Shown piece after piece: positions 60,911 through 64,000 of a DNA stretch of 64,000 nucleotides. The notes below the pieces were generated by a model. The model searched no databases. It saw only the letters and a list, made by a program, of their open reading frames with translations, and had not been told where the DNA came from. Where the stretch lies: NCBI GenBank assembly GCA_963790025.1, contig CAWBMP010000004.1, forward strand, positions 544,001 through 608,000, written 5' to 3'. The position numbers were made by a program, and so were the translations under genes. This DNA is from Nitrospirota bacterium (GTDB lineage: Bacteria > Nitrospirota > Thermodesulfovibrionia > Thermodesulfovibrionales > Dissulfurispiraceae). Within the stretch, counting starts at the first letter, position 1; each line of letters begins with the position of its first letter.

Positions 60911-62475
60911 GGAACTATTTTTGTATCGAGCCTATTTGTGAATCTCACTTCTGCCATGGTTGCCTTCATCAGCATGTTGAACTCAGGCGCGTACAGATAA
61001 TCCGTGAGCCTGACATCGGAGGCCCCTGAGAAAAACAATCTTTTTCCGCCTGCAAATACCGTATCTTCCTTTTTTTTGTCAACGACGATATCCGGGTGAA
61101 AGTGAAAAAAAGCGGAGCATTCCTGTGCTTTGGAGGAAATTATCTCATCTGATATATCGATTGCTCCTTCCGTGAATTCAAAGGTCCGCCTGTGGACAGC
61201 TCCGATACGGGTGTATCCCGTATGGGCCGCAGTTATTCCGGGTCCCTCTTCCGTAAGGTCTGTCACATATGCCCTTCTCGCAACGCGAAAACTTCCCCAG
61301 ACCTCACTCTGCTCCAGTCCATCGATTCTTACCGTATTGTGGGCAGCGGTACTTCTCTGGGCCAGGCGAAGTTCGCCTGCTTCATAAGTTGAAGTACCGG
61401 TGTCAGTGATAAAAGGTTTTCCATCTATGTAAAGCACAAAGTTGAAGGTGTCGCTATGGGCATGACCAGGGATATAATCGGGTCCGATATTGCCGACATC
61501 TACAATAATCTCATACCGTTGCTTTTCAATCTTTCTATATCCGCTTTCTTTAAGGGAGCCTTTCCGCGCCGCTATGCCCAGCCGTGTTCCATAACCAAAA
61601 AGCTCTGCAGCAGACGGTGCGATGCCATTGGCAGCGTCGTTGACAAGCGGCATGTCGCCGTTGCTGAAGGTCATCCGGCTTAACCATCCGAGCATTATTG
61701 AAGATTTTTGAGTCAAGAGGTCCAGAAGTTCATTCTGGAATTGATTGTTATGTTTCACAAGGTTGATACTGTCGAGCATCCGCTCCAAAAGGATCTGATG
61801 GTACATCGGGGTCAATTCAAAATGCCCCCCGTCAGGGAGAATCTGTTCTCCCAATTCCTTCTTAAGGATCTCTTTGGCTTTTTCATAAAATCCGGCATCT
61901 TCAAAATAATATCCGGCGAATAAGAGAGCAAAAGCGTTTTCGAGAAGATGGTTGCCGAGGAGGTGGTACTCAAGGTTCTTCGAGAGCATGTGGACCTGTG
62001 CGTAAAGGCTGTTATTGATCTTCTTGACCGTAATATTGTGGCGGGAAAAAAACTTTATCCAGTTTATGGTCCGCAAAGAGGTTGGATAGGGTTCCAACCC
62101 TGTCTTTGCCTTTTGCAGCCCTGCAACAAAGTTATATATAAGTGCAAGCCCTTCTTCAGCGCTCAGTCCCTCCTGATTGAGATAATTGAAATAATTGAGA
62201 TTGTAGCACCAGAGCTTTCCATGTCCTCCAAAATCCCATTCGGGGGGCCCCTCAAAGACCTTCGGGAGATTGAGGAAACTGAATTGTTTCCCCTGAATAA
62301 TCTGCTTATGAAATATCGAAGGCCGCAGTTGAAGCGTCGAAGCTTGCTTTTGAAAATTTAATGGCAGACAACGGTTCAGGGAAAACTGCTTCTTGAAGAA
62401 GTTGAGTATCCTGAAATATATTTGTTGCCGGCGGAGGTACTTGAGCGTATGAAAGTAAAAGAGAACTCTTTTCAT
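60907..62475 (-). CDS. Heparinase II/III-family protein
   Basis: LGNHLLEN, DGGHFELTPMYH, GHAHSD, RSTAAHNTV. Confidence 0.88.
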   Translation of the reverse strand: MKRVLFYFHTLKYLRRQQIYFRILNFFKKQFSLNRCLPLNFQKQASTLQLRPSIFHKQIIQGKQFSFLNLPKVFEGPPEWDFGGHGKLWCYNLNYFNYLNQEGLSAEEGLALIYNFVAGLQKAKTGLEPYPTSLRTINWIKFFSRHNITVKKINNSLYAQVHMLSKNLEYHLLGNHLLENAFALLFAGYYFEDAGFYEKAKEILKKELGEQILPDGGHFELTPMYHQILLERMLDSINLVKHNNQFQNELLDLLTQKSSIMLGWLSRMTFSNGDMPLVNDAANGIAPSAAELFGYGTRLGIAARKGSLKESGYRKIEKQRYEIIVDVGNIGPDYIPGHAHSDTFNFVLYIDGKPFITDTGTSTYEAGELRLAQRSTAAHNTVRIDGLEQSEVWGSFRVARRAYVTDLTEEGPGITAAHTGYTRIGAVHRRTFEFTEGAIDISDEIISSKAQECSAFFHFHPDIVVDKKKEDTVFAGGKRLFFSGASDVRLTDYLYAPEFNMLMKATMAEVRFTNRLDTKIVP

Positions 62476-62479
62476 GCAG

Positions 62480-64000
62480 TCATTGCTGCAATGGAATAAC
62501 TCTTTTTGCCCTCACGGATTCCGCTATTTGGAAGGTCGCGTTCGTCGTTGCAAAGAGTGATCCGGGTGAAATTGCAGGTATTCCTGTTTTGATTGCATTT
62601 CCAAACGCCCGGAATTCGTTTTCAAAACCTTTGTCCTGGTTTCTATAATTTATTCGCCTTTTCTTGCTGCCCTTATAAATGACCAGTTCCCTGAAGTCAT
62701 TCATCTGCAAGGCAAGATCAGGGCCGAAGAGTTCGATTTGTTCTTTCGGCATTTGCCTGTTGCCGTATGCGCAATATACAATCGTAGCTGTAGAACCATC
62801 AGGATAATTCAGCACGATGCTGACATTGTCTTCATCAGGGATTGAGGCGTTGTCCTTTCTCACGCATGAAGCAAAGACATTCAGGGGATCGCAGCCTGTG
62901 AGAAAGGAACAGGTATCGATAAAATGGCAGACTTCTCCAATAATTCGTCCTCCTCCGATTTCTTTGTCCTGTATCCAGCTATCTTTTGGAACAACTCCGG
63001 CATTTATCCTGTACAGAATCGATAGGGGACCATTCCCCACAACCTCTTTCATCTCCTGGACCAAAGGCGAGAACCTGCGGTTGAAGCCTACCATCAGTAT
63101 CGGCAGCGATGAGCCATGTGCAATGAGTGATGCGTAAACAGCCTTAATTTCATCCAACTCCGCTTCCGTGATGCATAGCGGTTTTTCGACAAAGATATGC
63201 TTGCCCGCTTTCAGGGCCTTAATCACATATCCGGCATGTGTATTGTGGCGTGTTGCCACGAGGACTGTATTGACCGATGTATTACCGAATAACTCATCAC
63301 TTTCTGTTGTTATATATTTAAACCCGTATTTTGTACCGGTTGCATGGCTGCTGATGCCTGTAGCCGTGCATAGGCCGACCAGCTCAAAGTCGGACCTTTT
63401 CCTGATTGTAGGCAGGATTACGGACTTGGTAAAGTTGCCTGCGCCTATGAGCCCAATCCCTATTCTGTCCGTTCCTCTTGTCCCGGTAGAAATCTGTATG
63501 GACTTCCGCACTTCCGGGCCCTTGCTATCTTTATATGTCAGGACAATGCCGAGATATTTCTCCCTGATCTTGCCTTCAAGCAGATTATAGGCCTTGGGGG
63601 CGTCATCAAAATCAAAAGTATGTGTAATAAGCTTCTTCGGGGTGACCTTGCCATCCGCAACAAGCTCGATGAAGGCCCCGAAGTTCCTCTGCTCTGTCCA
63701 GCGCACATAAGGGAAAGGGTAATCCTGACCCTGCTCTTCATAAAGAGGGTCGTACCTGCCCGGCCCGTAAGCCATCGAGAGCCTGATATCCAGCTCCTTT
63801 TTATAATAAATATTCCTTGGTATATCCATTCCTACCATCCCGACAACAACGACTTTGCCCTTCATTTTCGTGATCTCGCCCGCATCGATAATCGGCTGAC
63901 TGCCTGAAGCAGATGCGGTTATGATCACACTGTCCACACCATGACCGTTGCTGAAATCAGAAGCTGAAGAAATGATTTTCTCGGCAGGGCAGACCATATC
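62480..64000 (-). CDS. Bi-domain oxidoreductase (MDR plus Gfo/Idh/MocA), 5' end outside the window
   Basis: YGPGRYD...RWTEQRN, IGAGNF, EKP, GFNRRF, EVCHFID. Confidence 0.9.
   Translation of the reverse strand, partial: DMVCPAEKIISSASDFSNGHGVDSVIITASASGSQPIIDAGEITKMKGKVVVVGMVGMDIPRNIYYKKELDIRLSMAYGPGRYDPLYEEQGQDYPFPYVRWTEQRNFGAFIELVADGKVTPKKLITHTFDFDDAPKAYNLLEGKIREKYLGIVLTYKDSKGPEVRKSIQISTGTRGTDRIGIGLIGAGNFTKSVILPTIRKRSDFELVGLCTATGISSHATGTKYGFKYITTESDELFGNTSVNTVLVATRHNTHAGYVIKALKAGKHIFVEKPLCITEAELDEIKAVYASLIAHGSSLPILMVGFNRRFSPLVQEMKEVVGNGPLSILYRINAGVVPKDSWIQDKEIGGGRIIGEVCHFIDTCSFLTGCDPLNVFASCVRKDNASIPDEDNVSIVLNYPDGSTATIVYCAYGNRQMPKEQIELFGPDLALQMNDFRELVIYKGSKKRRINYRNQDKGFENEFRAFGNAIKTGIPAISPGSLFATTNATFQIAESVRAKRVIPLQQ

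Overview
Core-genome window from an anaerobic sulfur-cycling bacterium. Nitrospirota (Thermodesulfovibrionia-like) or Desulfobacterota is my inference from gene content; I did not test it. Contents in order: adk-sat-aprB-aprA (aprA runs off the left edge); rdgB; rpsO-pnp-M16 peptidase-recN; a sensor kinase/USP-receiver/TauE operon with dedA; a ferredoxin, a double-selenocysteine glutaredoxin-like gene missed by the ORF track, and an exported M16 peptidase pair; aroD, dut, tRNA-Ala(CGC), nifJ (PFOR), htpG; a signalling cluster built from degenerate parts (His-less kinase, P-loop NTPase fused to an RsbW-type kinase, STAS protein, HDOD with His-less HisKA); a kdp operon with a sigma54-type promoter, two small membrane peptides, a long KdpC, a lone Fis-type HTH and a beta-barrel; and a large Wzy-type exopolysaccharide cluster running off the right edge. 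Best leads: (1) the hidden UXX* selenoprotein, with a hairpin exactly 11 nt after each UGA; (2) the NTPase-RsbW partner-switch module flanked by His-less kinase domains; (3) the extended kdp operon with no kdpDE nearby; (4) several apparently leaderless genes, clearest for nifJ; (5) two MITE-like families and many 7/8-nt intergenic repeats, one of which encodes a signal peptide. All calls come from reading the sequence and recognising motifs; no searches were run.
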